From contig JAJZAD010000004.1 in assembly GCA_021799575.1 (NCBI GenBank), forward strand, positions 7,062 through 71,061: a stretch of 64,000 bases of DNA, read 5' to 3'. Origin of the DNA: a bacterium. GTDB taxonomy: Bacteria > Patescibacteriota > Saccharimonadia > Saccharimonadales > UBA4665. A program made the position numbers and the translations under genes. The notes beneath the pieces were generated by a model. It ran no database searches, had not been told where the DNA came from, and saw nothing but the letters and a program-made list of their open reading frames with translations. Numbering within the stretch: the first letter of the stretch is position 1; the number at the start of each line of letters is the position of its first letter. This document shows positions 9,971-19,990 of the stretch, piece by piece.

Positions 9971-10011
9971 CTATCGGTACTTCTAAGTTTCTAAAAAGGT
10001 AATATCTCTAT

Positions 10012-10317
10012 ATGAAAAAGGCAGTGATTGTTGCCGGTTCAAAACAGTATCTTGTCTCTGAAGGCGACATTTTAGATGTTGAAAAACTTAAAGCCGATAA
10101 GAAGATAGAATTCGTTCCGCTTTTAGTAATTGATGGATTAAAAATTAGTGTTGGTAAGCCAGATGTAGCATCAGCTAAAGTACGCGCCGATATTTTAGAA
10201 CCCGATAAACTCGGAGAGAAAAAGACCTCTATTCATTATAAAGCCAAAAAACGGGTTCATAGTGTGCACGGACACCGTCAACATCTGACAACTATTAAAA
10301 TCACAAGTATTGCCTAA
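10012..10317 (+). CDS. rplU: 50S ribosomal protein L21
   Basis: AVIVAGSKQYLVSEGD, GHRQHLT. Confidence 0.97.
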   Translation: MKKAVIVAGSKQYLVSEGDILDVEKLKADKKIEFVPLLVIDGLKISVGKPDVASAKVRADILEPDKLGEKKTSIHYKAKKRVHSVHGHRQHLTTIKITSIA

Positions 10318-10579
10318 ATATAGTTAACCAGTCTGAATTTTCTGATTGTGGATAAGTTCAGGGCAATATTTTTCATGATGTAAAAATACCAACTACTAAA
10401 ACAGGTATTAATACAAAAAAAACAACTATTTTAAAACTTTCTTAGCTGAAAAATGGCTTAAATATCATATTTTAACAACATATATCTAACAAAAAATGCA
10501 TTTTTATAAGACAAGTACGCATGCAAAAATTATTCAAAAAATCCTTGATTACACTTTAAACATGATAGATACTACTGTC

Positions 10580-10775
10580 ATAGGATTGGATGGTCCCTGG
10601 CCTTGGGAGACTCGCACCAGTCCTAAGCCAACAAAAATTGGTAAAAACAACAAAATGCCTTATAACTAAAACAAAGGCACATAAAAACCATTTAAAACGT
10701 CTAACAAGACGGAAAAATGTAAAAAGGGGTGCTATATCGAAGCCAAAAGCTAGATATAAGCACCTCTTGTTTTAT
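10580..10775 (+). ncRNA. Candidate small RNA with five hairpins
   Basis: Promoter TTGATT (10545), 17 bp, GATACT (10568); hairpins 10581-10625, 10627-10642, 10656-10679, 10689-10719; terminator-like hairpin 10724-10768 followed by GTTTTAT. Confidence 0.5.
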
Positions 10776-10834
10776 GGCCCCGGTTTTACCTTGAAGATAA
10801 AAAATGCTAATCTTAAAACTGAAATAAGAGAACT

Positions 10835-11596
10835 ATGGGTCATATAATCGCAGTCATAAATCAAAAAGGTGGCGTTGGGAAGACTACAACAGTTATTAAT
10901 TTAGCTGCTTTTTTAAAGAAACTAAGTTATTCAGTATTAGTTGTAGATATCGATCCGCAGGGCAACGCGACAAGCGGACTTGGCGTTGATAAACAGCACT
11001 TAAAGGGGTCTCTTAAGGAGTTATTGTTCGGGGAAAAAGCTCTTGACCAAGTTGTCTTAAATGCTGTTGACGGAATTAGTCTGCTACCAACTAACCAGGA
11101 ATTAGCTGCTTCAGAAATAAGCTTAGTCAATGCTGATCAGCGTGAGTTTAGACTAAAGGAAGTAATTAATAGTTGTAATTACGACTATATTATAATTGAC
11201 TGTCCGCCGTCTCTCAGTCTTTTGACGATCAACGCCCTAACTGCGGCAGACAGCGTTCTAATTCCGGTTCAAGCAGAATACTATGCTTTAGAAGGGTTAG
11301 GACAACTTCTGGAAGTAGTGCAATTAGTAAAAAGCGGGTTAAATCCGAATATTGAATTACTTGGTGTATTACTTACAATGTATGATAAACGCAACAGTTT
11401 ATCTGAACAGGTGAAGAATGAAGTAAAAAACCATTTCGGTGACAAAGTATTTACAACAATTATTCCTCGAAATGTACGTTTGGCTGAGGCACCAAGTTAC
11501 GGCAAACCCATTAGCTCATATGATAAATGGAGTAAGGGTGCGCGGGCTTATCTTAGCTTAGCTAGAGAGGTGCATAAACGAACAGCCTATTTATAA
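10835..11596 (+). CDS. parA: Chromosome partitioning ATPase ParA/Soj
   Basis: Deviant Walker A NQKGGVGKTT, DIDPQGNAT, IDCPPSL, IPRNVRLAEAPS. Confidence 0.97.
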   Translation: MGHIIAVINQKGGVGKTTTVINLAAFLKKLSYSVLVVDIDPQGNATSGLGVDKQHLKGSLKELLFGEKALDQVVLNAVDGISLLPTNQELAASEISLVNADQREFRLKEVINSCNYDYIIIDCPPSLSLLTINALTAADSVLIPVQAEYYALEGLGQLLEVVQLVKSGLNPNIELLGVLLTMYDKRNSLSEQVKNEVKNHFGDKVFTTIIPRNVRLAEAPSYGKPISSYDKWSKGARAYLSLAREVHKRTAYL

Positions 11597-11646
11597 ACTC
11601 CTTTAAACTTACGTCCAGTGTGCTATAGTTATGTTTAATAAAAGCT

Positions 11647-12510
11647 ATGGCAGGTAAACAAAAACACGTATTAGGTAACGGCTTGGCATCTTTGATACCG
11701 ACAAATATTGATCAAAGTATGCTCACTGAAACTATCGAAAAAGTTCATAAACTGGCTTTGGATGCAATCACACCGAATAAGGAACAACCTAGAAAATACT
11801 TTGAAGACAGCAGTCTAAAAGAATTAGCGGAATCAATTAAAGAACACGGTGTTTTGCAGCCGATAGTGGTGTCGCCCAAGGGAGACGGTAAATACCATCT
11901 CGTTGCCGGAGAAAGACGCTGGAGAGCGGCTAAAATAGCCGGACTCAAAACTATTCCGGCAATCATCCGGACGTTTAAAGAACTTGAAAGGCTGGAAGTT
12001 GCAATGGTTGAAAACGTTCAGCGGGTAGATTTGACACCTATAGAACAAGCCATTGGAATAGAGCGGCTACATCAGCAGTTCAGCATGACTTATGAGACTA
12101 TAGCTAAAAAGCTAGGTAAAGCTATATCAACAGTGAACAATATTGCGAGGTTGCTTCAGCTGCCATCTGAAGCAATCGAAGCATTGAACACAAAAATTAT
12201 TACAGAAGGACATGCGCGTGCCGTGCTGGCACTGAAAGATTTTCCCGAGCACCAAACTAAATTACTAAAGAACTGTATTAATGGATGGAGTGTCCGCCAG
12301 GCTGAGCGTTATGTAACATCAATTAAATCTGGAGTTAAAAACGACGATGAGGTCAAAGCCAGGGTCTCGTTAAGCACTCCGGAGACAAAGGTTTTGGGTA
12401 AACGGCTAGGTACTACGGTACATATCAGGAGAATGGCAAAAGGTGGTCGTCTAGAAATTACCTTTACGAGCGATGAGCAACTCATGCAAATATTAAAACG
12501 TATTCGTTAA
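11647..12510 (+). CDS. parB: Chromosome partitioning protein ParB/Spo0J
   Basis: QPRKYF, GVLQPI, AGERRWRA, ENVQR; follows parA. Confidence 0.97.
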   Translation: MAGKQKHVLGNGLASLIPTNIDQSMLTETIEKVHKLALDAITPNKEQPRKYFEDSSLKELAESIKEHGVLQPIVVSPKGDGKYHLVAGERRWRAAKIAGLKTIPAIIRTFKELERLEVAMVENVQRVDLTPIEQAIGIERLHQQFSMTYETIAKKLGKAISTVNNIARLLQLPSEAIEALNTKIITEGHARAVLALKDFPEHQTKLLKNCINGWSVRQAERYVTSIKSGVKNDDEVKARVSLSTPETKVLGKRLGTTVHIRRMAKGGRLEITFTSDEQLMQILKRIR

Positions 12511-12518
12511 AACTCTCG

Positions 12519-13190
12519 CTAAAACGCTTCAACTTTGGAAATAGGCAGTAACCTGAGCACCATTTGACCTATGACCTGATTGGTATTTATTGGTCCGAAG
12601 CGTGTCGAATCACAGGAGACCGAACGGTTATCTCCCATAACGAATAGTTGATGTGAGTTTAACTGAACCGTTTCATTAGTTAAATCATATGGGTGTATAG
12701 TGTGCGACTTATTGTAGCCTAATGTATTATCCGGCTGAAAACCTTTAGGGTGTTTCTTGTCGTAAATTGTAACGATTCCGTCTCTAATGACAACCTTGTC
12801 ATTCGGCAATCCGATAACTCGTTTAATAAGCGTTTTAGTGGATGAAGGTTGCCCGCACACCGCTAAATTACTCTCATTAAAAACAATAATATCTCCCCGT
12901 TTGGGTACATATTGATGTCCGGTTATCATTGCCCAGGTTCTCGGCACTTTCCAGATAATCAGTTTATCCTGATTTTGGAGTGTCGGCTCCATACTGGTCC
13001 CGTCTACATCATATGATCGGAAGACATAACTGCTGAGAAGAATAGCTAACGCGATCGCAACTAATAAAATACCGACAATGGATAAAGCTTCTCGTAGTCT
13101 GGAAGGATTAGTGGTTTTGTCGCTGTAAACTTTGGTATTCTCGTCAGTAGCCTGACTATTACCGTGCCGCTTGAATTTTTTGATGTCCAC
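12519..13190 (-). CDS. lepB: Signal peptidase I
   Basis: TM segment, GTSMEPTL (Ser), IKRVIG (Lys), MGDNR. Confidence 0.95.
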   Translation of the reverse strand: MDIKKFKRHGNSQATDENTKVYSDKTTNPSRLREALSIVGILLVAIALAILLSSYVFRSYDVDGTSMEPTLQNQDKLIIWKVPRTWAMITGHQYVPKRGDIIVFNESNLAVCGQPSSTKTLIKRVIGLPNDKVVIRDGIVTIYDKKHPKGFQPDNTLGYNKSHTIHPYDLTNETVQLNSHQLFVMGDNRSVSCDSTRFGPINTNQVIGQMVLRLLPISKVEAF

Positions 13191-13337
13191 GTTTTACAAC
13201 TATACCACGCTCGGTTTTAGTAAATAAAAAAACTCTTCAAAAACTTAAGTTTATTATGTCGGAACACTTTTTGCCAGGTAGTTTTTAGGATTATTCAACC
13301 TTACGTAACTTTGTTATGTAGTACTATAGTAGGTTAG

Positions 13338-14096
13338 ATGGACGATGTACTTAGGCGACTAAAGCCGACAAAAGGCTTTTCTTCTTTGGCTCATAATTCT
13401 CTGCTTATCGCACTTCCTTTAATTATCTTTGCTTTAGTGCGATTGAACGAAAGCCAGTTTACGCAACTGGCAATAGTATTAATTATTTTAAGTAAATGGC
13501 GGATTTTTGCCGTTCGGCCTAGATTTTGGCCAGCCAATATTCGTGCAAACTCGGTTGACTTAATGGTTGGTATATCGATCGTAGTGTTTATGACGCACGC
13601 ATATAGCACATGGATTCAGCTTGGATGGGCAATTGCTTACGCGGTATGGTTAATTTATATAAAACCGGCAAACTTTAGTCTAATGGTTTCTTTTCAAGCC
13701 GGAATAGCTCAGTTGTGCGCTCTTAGCGCCGTCTATTTATTCTGGGATAATGGCCCCGTGTATGGACTAACAGTCCTTACGGGTTTAATTTGTTTTCTAA
13801 CCGCCAGACATTTTTTTGATGCGTTTGATGAAAGCTACTCAAAACTACTGAGCTATTTATGGGGATATTTCGGAGCGGCTCTGGCGTGGATACTAAGTCA
13901 TTGGTTGCTTTATTACAGCGTATTTTCGCAACCGACAGTGCTACTTACTGCTATCGGTTACGGTATAGGAGCACTCTATTATCTGGATCATAACGATAGA
14001 CTAACTAAATCGTTAAGACGTCAACTTATAACTGTTATGCTATTAATAGTGGCAATTATCATTGTTTTCTCAGATTGGGGCAGTAAAGTTGTTTAG
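13338..14096 (+). CDS. Hypothetical multi-pass membrane protein
   Basis: About 8 hydrophobic segments; co-oriented with htrA. Confidence 0.8.
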   Translation: MDDVLRRLKPTKGFSSLAHNSLLIALPLIIFALVRLNESQFTQLAIVLIILSKWRIFAVRPRFWPANIRANSVDLMVGISIVVFMTHAYSTWIQLGWAIAYAVWLIYIKPANFSLMVSFQAGIAQLCALSAVYLFWDNGPVYGLTVLTGLICFLTARHFFDAFDESYSKLLSYLWGYFGAALAWILSHWLLYYSVFSQPTVLLTAIGYGIGALYYLDHNDRLTKSLRRQLITVMLLIVAIIIVFSDWGSKVV

Positions 14097-14117
14097 TCGT
14101 AAGTTAACTTTATTTGT

Positions 14118-15398
14118 ATGAGTGATAATTTAAACGATCGAAAGTTCAATAGTATAAGTACCAAGGGCACTAAAGACCCAAAGACTATTACTATTACCAT
14201 ACCTAGATTGCCGCGTCCGAAAGTTGGACATCTGATCACAAAGGGAAGGGTACTGTTTTTAGTTCTAGTCTTAGCAATAGGACTAGGTGGAGGGATACTT
14301 GGGGGCTGGATCGAACATTCCAGCTACCAGGGGTCTATATATATCGCAAGTACTAACAACAACCAGATTCGAGTCAGCAATTTTAGTATGCTTATAAGCT
14401 CTATTGCCCAAAAACTAACTCCAAGCGTAGTTAGCATTAATGCCACTACTACCACTCAGGGTTCTAATTTCTTTGGTTTCACACAACCTATTCAATCCCA
14501 ATCAGAGGGGACGGGGATTATTATATCCAGTAACGGTCTGGTTCTAACTAATCGACATGTAGTCCCGGCAGGCACCACATCAATCAGTGTTACTTTAAGT
14601 AATGGAACGGTACTTAATGATGTGTCTGTAGTGGGACGTACCTCTACTAGCGATAGTCTGGATATAGCAATCCTAAGAATTAATAACGCTCAAGGGCAGA
14701 CACTGATACCGGCAACTTTAGGTGATTCTAGTCAAATGCGGGTCGGAGACGGGGTAGTAGCGATAGGTAATGCTCTTGGCCAATTTCAGAATACGGTTAC
14801 CAGCGGAATAATTTCCGGTTTCGGACGCAATATTTCCGCCAGCTCAGGAGGGAGTATTTACGGTTTAACATCTACCAGCAGCGAGAATCTAACGGATATG
14901 TTTCAGACCGATGCGGCTATCAATGAAGGTAATTCGGGCGGTCCTTTAGTAAACCTTAACGGCCAGGTTATTGGAGTTAACACGGCTATAGCCAGCAATT
15001 CGGAAAACATCGGTTTCGCTATTCCGATTAACGAAGTTAAGGGCTTAATCAAAGAAGTTATTACCACCGGTAAGTTTGAGCGGCCATTATTGGGAGTGAG
15101 GTTTGAGTTGTTAACTCCAGCATTGGCTAAACAGTATAAACTTAAAGTGGATAATGGAGCGTACATTCCTAGAAATAACGGATCTACACCTTCAGTAGTA
15201 GCTGGCTCTGCCGCAGCCAAAGCCGGCATCAAACCGGGTGATGTTATCACGAAAGTTGACGGTACTCCAGTTAACCCGTTAAACGACTTAACGATGTTAA
15301 TAGATCAGTATGAACCAGGAACTAAAGTTACCTTAACGGTTGTGCGCGGCTCGAAAACACTGACTATAGTAGCCACATTGGGCAGGATGTCTTCATAG
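14118..15398 (+). CDS. htrA: HtrA/DegP-family serine protease with one PDZ domain
   Basis: TM anchor, LTNRHVV, DIAILR, QTDAAINEGNSGGPL, C-terminal PDZ. Confidence 0.95.
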   Translation: MSDNLNDRKFNSISTKGTKDPKTITITIPRLPRPKVGHLITKGRVLFLVLVLAIGLGGGILGGWIEHSSYQGSIYIASTNNNQIRVSNFSMLISSIAQKLTPSVVSINATTTTQGSNFFGFTQPIQSQSEGTGIIISSNGLVLTNRHVVPAGTTSISVTLSNGTVLNDVSVVGRTSTSDSLDIAILRINNAQGQTLIPATLGDSSQMRVGDGVVAIGNALGQFQNTVTSGIISGFGRNISASSGGSIYGLTSTSSENLTDMFQTDAAINEGNSGGPLVNLNGQVIGVNTAIASNSENIGFAIPINEVKGLIKEVITTGKFERPLLGVRFELLTPALAKQYKLKVDNGAYIPRNNGSTPSVVAGSAAAKAGIKPGDVITKVDGTPVNPLNDLTMLIDQYEPGTKVTLTVVRGSKTLTIVATLGRMSS

Positions 15399-16241
15399 CT
15401 AACTGTGAGGCCGTATCAGCTTGAAAACCTGCACAAAATCATTAGTTTTACTCAGTCGGTAACCGTGGCGTTCAGCTATTTCAGCTAAGGCAGGATGTTG
15501 CGGCGGTAAGGCTTCCGTGAGAATCCATATGGGCGGGTTGGCTAAATCTGTTTGCTGTCTGAATAATAATCTGTAAAGTTTAAGTCCATCGGCTCCTCCA
15601 AAAATGGCTGTCTTCGGCTCCCGCATTGCTTCCGGGTTTATTTGCCAGGTATTTGGTACGTAGGGCAGATTAGCCAAGATAATAGTCATACCTCCTTGCC
15701 AAACTTTCTCGGGCAGAGGTTTTAATAAATGTCCCTGAAAGAAACTTATGTAAGCCTGATAGCGTTCAGCATTAGTTTTAGCAACTTCCAGGCAGCGGCT
15801 AGATATGTCGGTGGCGAAGGCTTCTATGGCCGGATATTCGAGTTTCGCCGTAATGATCAATGCACCGGATCCGGTACCGATATCTATGACTTTAATAGCA
15901 AAATCGGTTTTGTTTAACAACGATTTTAGCTCTTCTATTATAGCTTCGCTCTCCGGGCGAGGTTCAAGAACATGATGATTAATTTGGAATTCTCGTCCGT
16001 AGAACTCTGTTTTGCCTCTGATATATGCTAGCGGTACGTGTTTAGACCGCTTTATAACCCGGAACTTAAATCGCTCTAGGTCAATCGGTTTTATTGCCAT
16101 TTCAGGTTCAGCTAATAATTTGGCTCTAGCGATAGCGGTTGTGTCTTCTAATAGAACAAGTGAATCCAAGCGGTCAGTGACTATACCGTTTGAACGTAAT
16201 TGATGCTGAGCCCACTTTAGAGCCTGCGAGACGTTCACCAC
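15399..16241 (-). CDS. prmC: Release factor glutamine methyltransferase HemK/PrmC
   Basis: PRPESE, DIGTGSG, ANLPY; directly downstream of prfA. Confidence 0.93.
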   Translation of the reverse strand: MVNVSQALKWAQHQLRSNGIVTDRLDSLVLLEDTTAIARAKLLAEPEMAIKPIDLERFKFRVIKRSKHVPLAYIRGKTEFYGREFQINHHVLEPRPESEAIIEELKSLLNKTDFAIKVIDIGTGSGALIITAKLEYPAIEAFATDISSRCLEVAKTNAERYQAYISFFQGHLLKPLPEKVWQGGMTIILANLPYVPNTWQINPEAMREPKTAIFGGADGLKLYRLLFRQQTDLANPPIWILTEALPPQHPALAEIAERHGYRLSKTNDFVQVFKLIRPHS

Positions 16242-16249
16242 TGTATGTT

Positions 16250-17308
16250 TTAAACTTCCTGTTTAATTAATTCAGATTCTGCCTTTTGTAGAGACTCGAT
16301 TAAATCGTCTATTCCCCCGTCTAAAGCTCCGGTTAAGTTGCTTCGTGAATAACCTATTCTATGATCAGTAATTCGGTCTTGAGGAAAATTATAGGTACGA
16401 ATTTTTTCACTCCGGTTTCCACTACCGATTAATTTACGCCTGGCCTCAGATAATTTAAGTTGTTCAGCTTCGATTTGACGCTGCAAAAGGCGGCTTCTTA
16501 GCACACTCATAGCCTTAGCGCGGTTTTTTATTTGCGATTTTTCATCCTGGTTCGAAACTACTATACCGGTAGGCAAGTGGGTAATTCTCACCGCCGAATC
16601 AGTAGTGTTGACACTCTGGCCGCCATGACCGCTACTGCGGTAGACATCAATCTTGAGATCTGAGGGATTAATCGCAATATCCGTTTCTTGAGCCTCTGGT
16701 AATACTGCTACGGTAGTAGTTGAAGTGTGTATTCTGCCCTGGCTTTCGGTAAGCGGTACGCGTTGTACTCTATGTACTCCCGCCTCAAACTTCAGGTTTT
16801 TATACGCATTGGGACCACGCACTGAATAAATCAGTTCCTTAAAACCACCTACTTGATTTGGGCTTTCACTGATAAGTTCTACTTTGTAACCATGATTTTC
16901 CGCCCAACGGCTATACATTCTAAATAAGTCTGCTGCAAACAAGCTCGATTCGTCGCCTCCTGCAGCCGCCCGAATCTCCATAATCACGTCGCGTCCATCA
17001 TTCGGGTCTTTAGGTAATAGAGAAGCCCCTAGTTTGGCCTCTACATACCTTAGTTTCGGGGTAAGCTCTGTAATCTCGTCCTCAGCCATCGACTGAATGG
17101 CCTTATCTTGATTGCTTGTCAACTCTTTGGCATCATTTATTGCTTGAACCAGTTTTTTCTTCTGCTCGTATAGCGATACCAGTTCTAATAAATCGCTGCG
17201 CCGTTTAGCTAAAGACGGATATGAACTATCACTAAAGATATTGGGGTTCGTTAGCTTGCTGTCGATTTTCGCAAGCTCCTCTCTAATCTCTTCTTCTTGC
17301 CGATCCAT
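16250..17308 (-). CDS. prfA: Peptide chain release factor 1
   Basis: GVHRVQRVPLTE (PxT motif), GGQ, RTYNFPQDRITDHR. Confidence 0.98.
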   Translation of the reverse strand: MDRQEEEIREELAKIDSKLTNPNIFSDSSYPSLAKRRSDLLELVSLYEQKKKLVQAINDAKELTSNQDKAIQSMAEDEITELTPKLRYVEAKLGASLLPKDPNDGRDVIMEIRAAAGGDESSLFAADLFRMYSRWAENHGYKVELISESPNQVGGFKELIYSVRGPNAYKNLKFEAGVHRVQRVPLTESQGRIHTSTTTVAVLPEAQETDIAINPSDLKIDVYRSSGHGGQSVNTTDSAVRITHLPTGIVVSNQDEKSQIKNRAKAMSVLRSRLLQRQIEAEQLKLSEARRKLIGSGNRSEKIRTYNFPQDRITDHRIGYSRSNLTGALDGGIDDLIESLQKAESELIKQEV

Positions 17309-17383
17309 AGTTTAATTTTACTCTAAGCGCTTGATAACGGAGGCTATCTGCCACCTTATCCATGATTATTGAGACCCTTGCTA

Positions 17384-17725
17384 TCAGGAACTAGTCTTTT
17401 TCTCTTTTGCAACTATTCTTTCAGCCCGGCGTTTGGCTTGCTTTTTGACAGCGTTGGCACGTTGTGCGCGGGCATCCTGAGCAGCTTTCGCACGAGCCCT
17501 GAATTTATCTACACGACCTTCGATGTCTAAGATCTTTTCTTCTCCGGTGAAAAAGGGATGAGATGCCGAGCTGACATGAACTTTAATCAAGGGGTATTTA
17601 TTACCATCTTCCCATGTTATCGTATCTTCACTGGTAGCAGTAGAACGGGTTAACAGGTGCCACCCGTTGTTTAAATCTTCGTAGACTACCAAGCGATAAT
17701 TATCCGGATGTAGACCTTTTTTCAT
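17384..17725 (-). CDS. rpmE: 50S ribosomal protein L31 type B (Zn-free) with basic C-terminal extension
   Basis: [23 protein letters not shown]; no cysteines. Confidence 0.95.
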   Translation of the reverse strand: MKKGLHPDNYRLVVYEDLNNGWHLLTRSTATSEDTITWEDGNKYPLIKVHVSSASHPFFTGEEKILDIEGRVDKFRARAKAAQDARAQRANAVKKQAKRRAERIVAKEKKTSS

Positions 17726-17815
17726 AACAGGCTATTAATATATCCTTTTACGACCATTTTAGCAATAGGTTGTTCGGGTAAATATTGTCGGCCGGATAAT
17801 AACCCTAATTAGAGA

Positions 17816-17973
17816 TTGCATAAATAGGAATTAATTGATATAGTGGCGCTCAAATTAACGTAACAGGCTGAAAGTGTAATGCGATTCTGTTCTTGAGCGG
17901 GATGCTTTATCTCCCAAGAAAATAGCCACCAGCCGAAGATTAACAATAGAATCGCTAGAAAGGTTAGGGCGAT
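17816..17973 (+). promoter_or_regulatory. rpsB promoter and structured leader (probable S2 autoregulatory RNA)
   Basis: TTGCAT, 17 bp, TATAGT (17816-17844); 11 bp helix 17881-17891/17945-17955 with an inner hairpin; GGCUG (17866) can pair with CAGCC (17930). Confidence 0.6.
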
Positions 17974-18711
17974 ATGCCTTCGGACATAGATGTAAAGAAC
18001 TTATTAGAGGCAGGTGCACATTTCGGTCATAAAACCAGTAGATGGAATCCTAAGATGGCACCGTACATTCATTCCAAGCGGGGCGGTATTCATATTATTG
18101 ATCTGACAAAAACGGCATTGGCAATAGAAGATGCAATGCATTTTTTAAGCGATATCACTGCTTCGGGAAAGCAAGTCTTGATGGTGGGCACAAAACGTCA
18201 GGCAAGGGATATTATTAAACAAACTGCCATAAGCACTAAACAACCATATGTTACAGAGCGCTGGTTAAGCGGGCTTTTAACGAACTGGAACACTATAGGC
18301 GGGCGGGTTAAGCACCTAAAAGATCTTGAGTTACGAATGGAATCGGGTGAACTTGCCAGCCGCTACAGTAAACTTGAAGTTCAGCGATACCAGGAAGAAA
18401 TCGACGAATTAAACCATAAATACGGGGGCATAAAAGATTTGCACGGCAGGCCTGGAGCACTCTATGTAGTGGATATTGTAACTGAGAATAATGCAGTACG
18501 CGAAGCCAATCGCCTAGGTATTCCGGTAGTGGCCATAGTTGACAGTAATGCCGATCCAACACTTGTTACTTACCCTATACCTGCCAACGACGATGCGATA
18601 AAAACTATAGATTTAATAACCGGCTTAGTGCGTCAGGCCATCGAAACAGGTATCAGTAAAAAAGATAAGGCTGTCTCTACTGCTAAAATTGAACATCGTA
18701 AGGAGAGCTAA
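17974..18711 (+). CDS. rpsB: 30S ribosomal protein S2
   Basis: LLEAGAHFGH, WNPKMAPYI, VGTKRQA, PIPANDDA. Confidence 0.99.
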   Translation: MPSDIDVKNLLEAGAHFGHKTSRWNPKMAPYIHSKRGGIHIIDLTKTALAIEDAMHFLSDITASGKQVLMVGTKRQARDIIKQTAISTKQPYVTERWLSGLLTNWNTIGGRVKHLKDLELRMESGELASRYSKLEVQRYQEEIDELNHKYGGIKDLHGRPGALYVVDIVTENNAVREANRLGIPVVAIVDSNADPTLVTYPIPANDDAIKTIDLITGLVRQAIETGISKKDKAVSTAKIEHRKES

Positions 18712-18718
18712 ACAGGAT

Positions 18719-19315
18719 ATGGCGATAGATATAGGACAAATTAAACGTCTTAAAGATCTCACCGGAGTCGGTTTAACCGATGCCAAAGCGGCGTTAGAAT
18801 CTGCCGGGGGAGACTTTGATAAAGCTCTAAAAGAAATGCGGACAAAAGGTCTGACAAAGGCTGAAAAACGTGGCGAGAGGCAAGCAAGGGCGGGCATTAT
18901 CGGTTCATATAATCACGATCAGAGAATCGGGGTTATCGTAGAAGTTAATTGTGAAACTGATTTTGTAGCCAGAAATGAGTTGTTTACTAACATGGTTAAG
19001 GACGTAGCTATGCATATAGCTGCCGCTAACCCGCAATATTTAAGCCGAGACGATGTACCCGCTGAAGATCTAAAGCAAGCCGAGGAAGAGATACGGCAAA
19101 GGGCTGAATTAGAGGGCAAGCCAAAGACCATAATTGATAAAATTGTATCCGGTCAGCTGGAAAAGTATTTTGCCGAACGTTGTTTACTGAGTCAACCGTT
19201 TATTAAGAATCCGGACATTACCGTTAGTGATTACGTTAAGGAACATAACGCCAGACTTGGTGAAAATATTGTAGTAAGACGATTTTACAGACTGGCTCTT
19301 GGTGAAACCGAGTAA
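18719..19315 (+). CDS. tsf: Elongation factor Ts (short form)
   Basis: IKRLKDLTGVG, EVNCETDFVA; ATG 18719 chosen just after the rpsB stop. Confidence 0.97.
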   Translation: MAIDIGQIKRLKDLTGVGLTDAKAALESAGGDFDKALKEMRTKGLTKAEKRGERQARAGIIGSYNHDQRIGVIVEVNCETDFVARNELFTNMVKDVAMHIAAANPQYLSRDDVPAEDLKQAEEEIRQRAELEGKPKTIIDKIVSGQLEKYFAERCLLSQPFIKNPDITVSDYVKEHNARLGENIVVRRFYRLALGETE

Positions 19316-19340
19316 ACAGGACTATGATTAGGTTTAAGTT

Positions 19341-19904
19341 ATGAACGCATCAAACCTCATATCGCGTACTCAAATGGTTTTTGAAGCGACCCTCGATCAT
19401 TTAAGTGGAGAGCTTGCAAGGATGCGTACGGGACGAGCACATCCAAGCATGTTTGAAGAGGTAATAGTGGAAGCATATGGTACTAAAATGCCGCTAAATC
19501 AGGTGGCAAATATTACTGTTCCGGAAGCCCAACTCTTACAAATTACACCTTTCGACCCCAACAACTTGCAAGCAATCTCTAACGCGATCAGAAACAATCA
19601 AAGTTTGGGACTTAACCCGAGCGATGACGGTAGGGTAGTTAGAGTACAAATACCACCGTTAACCGAGGAAAGGCGTAAAGAATTAGCCAAACAGATCGGT
19701 GAGAAATTAGAGGAAGCGCAAATAAGGATGCGTAATGCGCGTCATGAAGCTTTTAAAGAACTTGATGCCGCAAAAAAAGATAAACAGATTAGTGAAGACG
19801 ACGTTAAAAGAACCGAAAAAGCCATCGAAGACAACATGACTCTTTTCCGCAACCGAATGGAACAGGCCGCTAAGGCTAAAGAGAAAGAAATCTTAACTCT
19901 ATAA
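19341..19904 (+). CDS. frr: Ribosome recycling factor
   Basis: RTGRAHP, GLNPSDDG, PPLTEERRKEL. Confidence 0.98.
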   Translation: MNASNLISRTQMVFEATLDHLSGELARMRTGRAHPSMFEEVIVEAYGTKMPLNQVANITVPEAQLLQITPFDPNNLQAISNAIRNNQSLGLNPSDDGRVVRVQIPPLTEERRKELAKQIGEKLEEAQIRMRNARHEAFKELDAAKKDKQISEDDVKRTEKAIEDNMTLFRNRMEQAAKAKEKEILTL

Positions 19905-19990
19905 ATGTCAAATATAAAATTTAAATACTTAATAAATCAGATTAAATTCAGCCGTCTGTTTTATGTTAGCTAAGGTATAATTATCCTAAT

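Noticed and set aside
10318..10560. Possible oriC next to parAB
   Set aside because: Only one perfect DnaA box, no dnaA/dnaN nearby, no change in gene orientation
10590..10847. 85-aa Lys-rich ORF overlapping the parA start
   Set aside because: Low-complexity translation of A-rich DNA, no SD, no recognisable motif; the region is better explained as a structured RNA plus promoter
10318..12518. parS palindrome near parAB
   Set aside because: No TGTTTCACGTGAAACA-like sequence seen
13298..13324. dif-like sequence CTTACGTAA-CTTTG-TTATGTAG
   Set aside because: Spacer is 5 bp rather than 6 and the XerD arm matches poorly; overlaps a likely promoter
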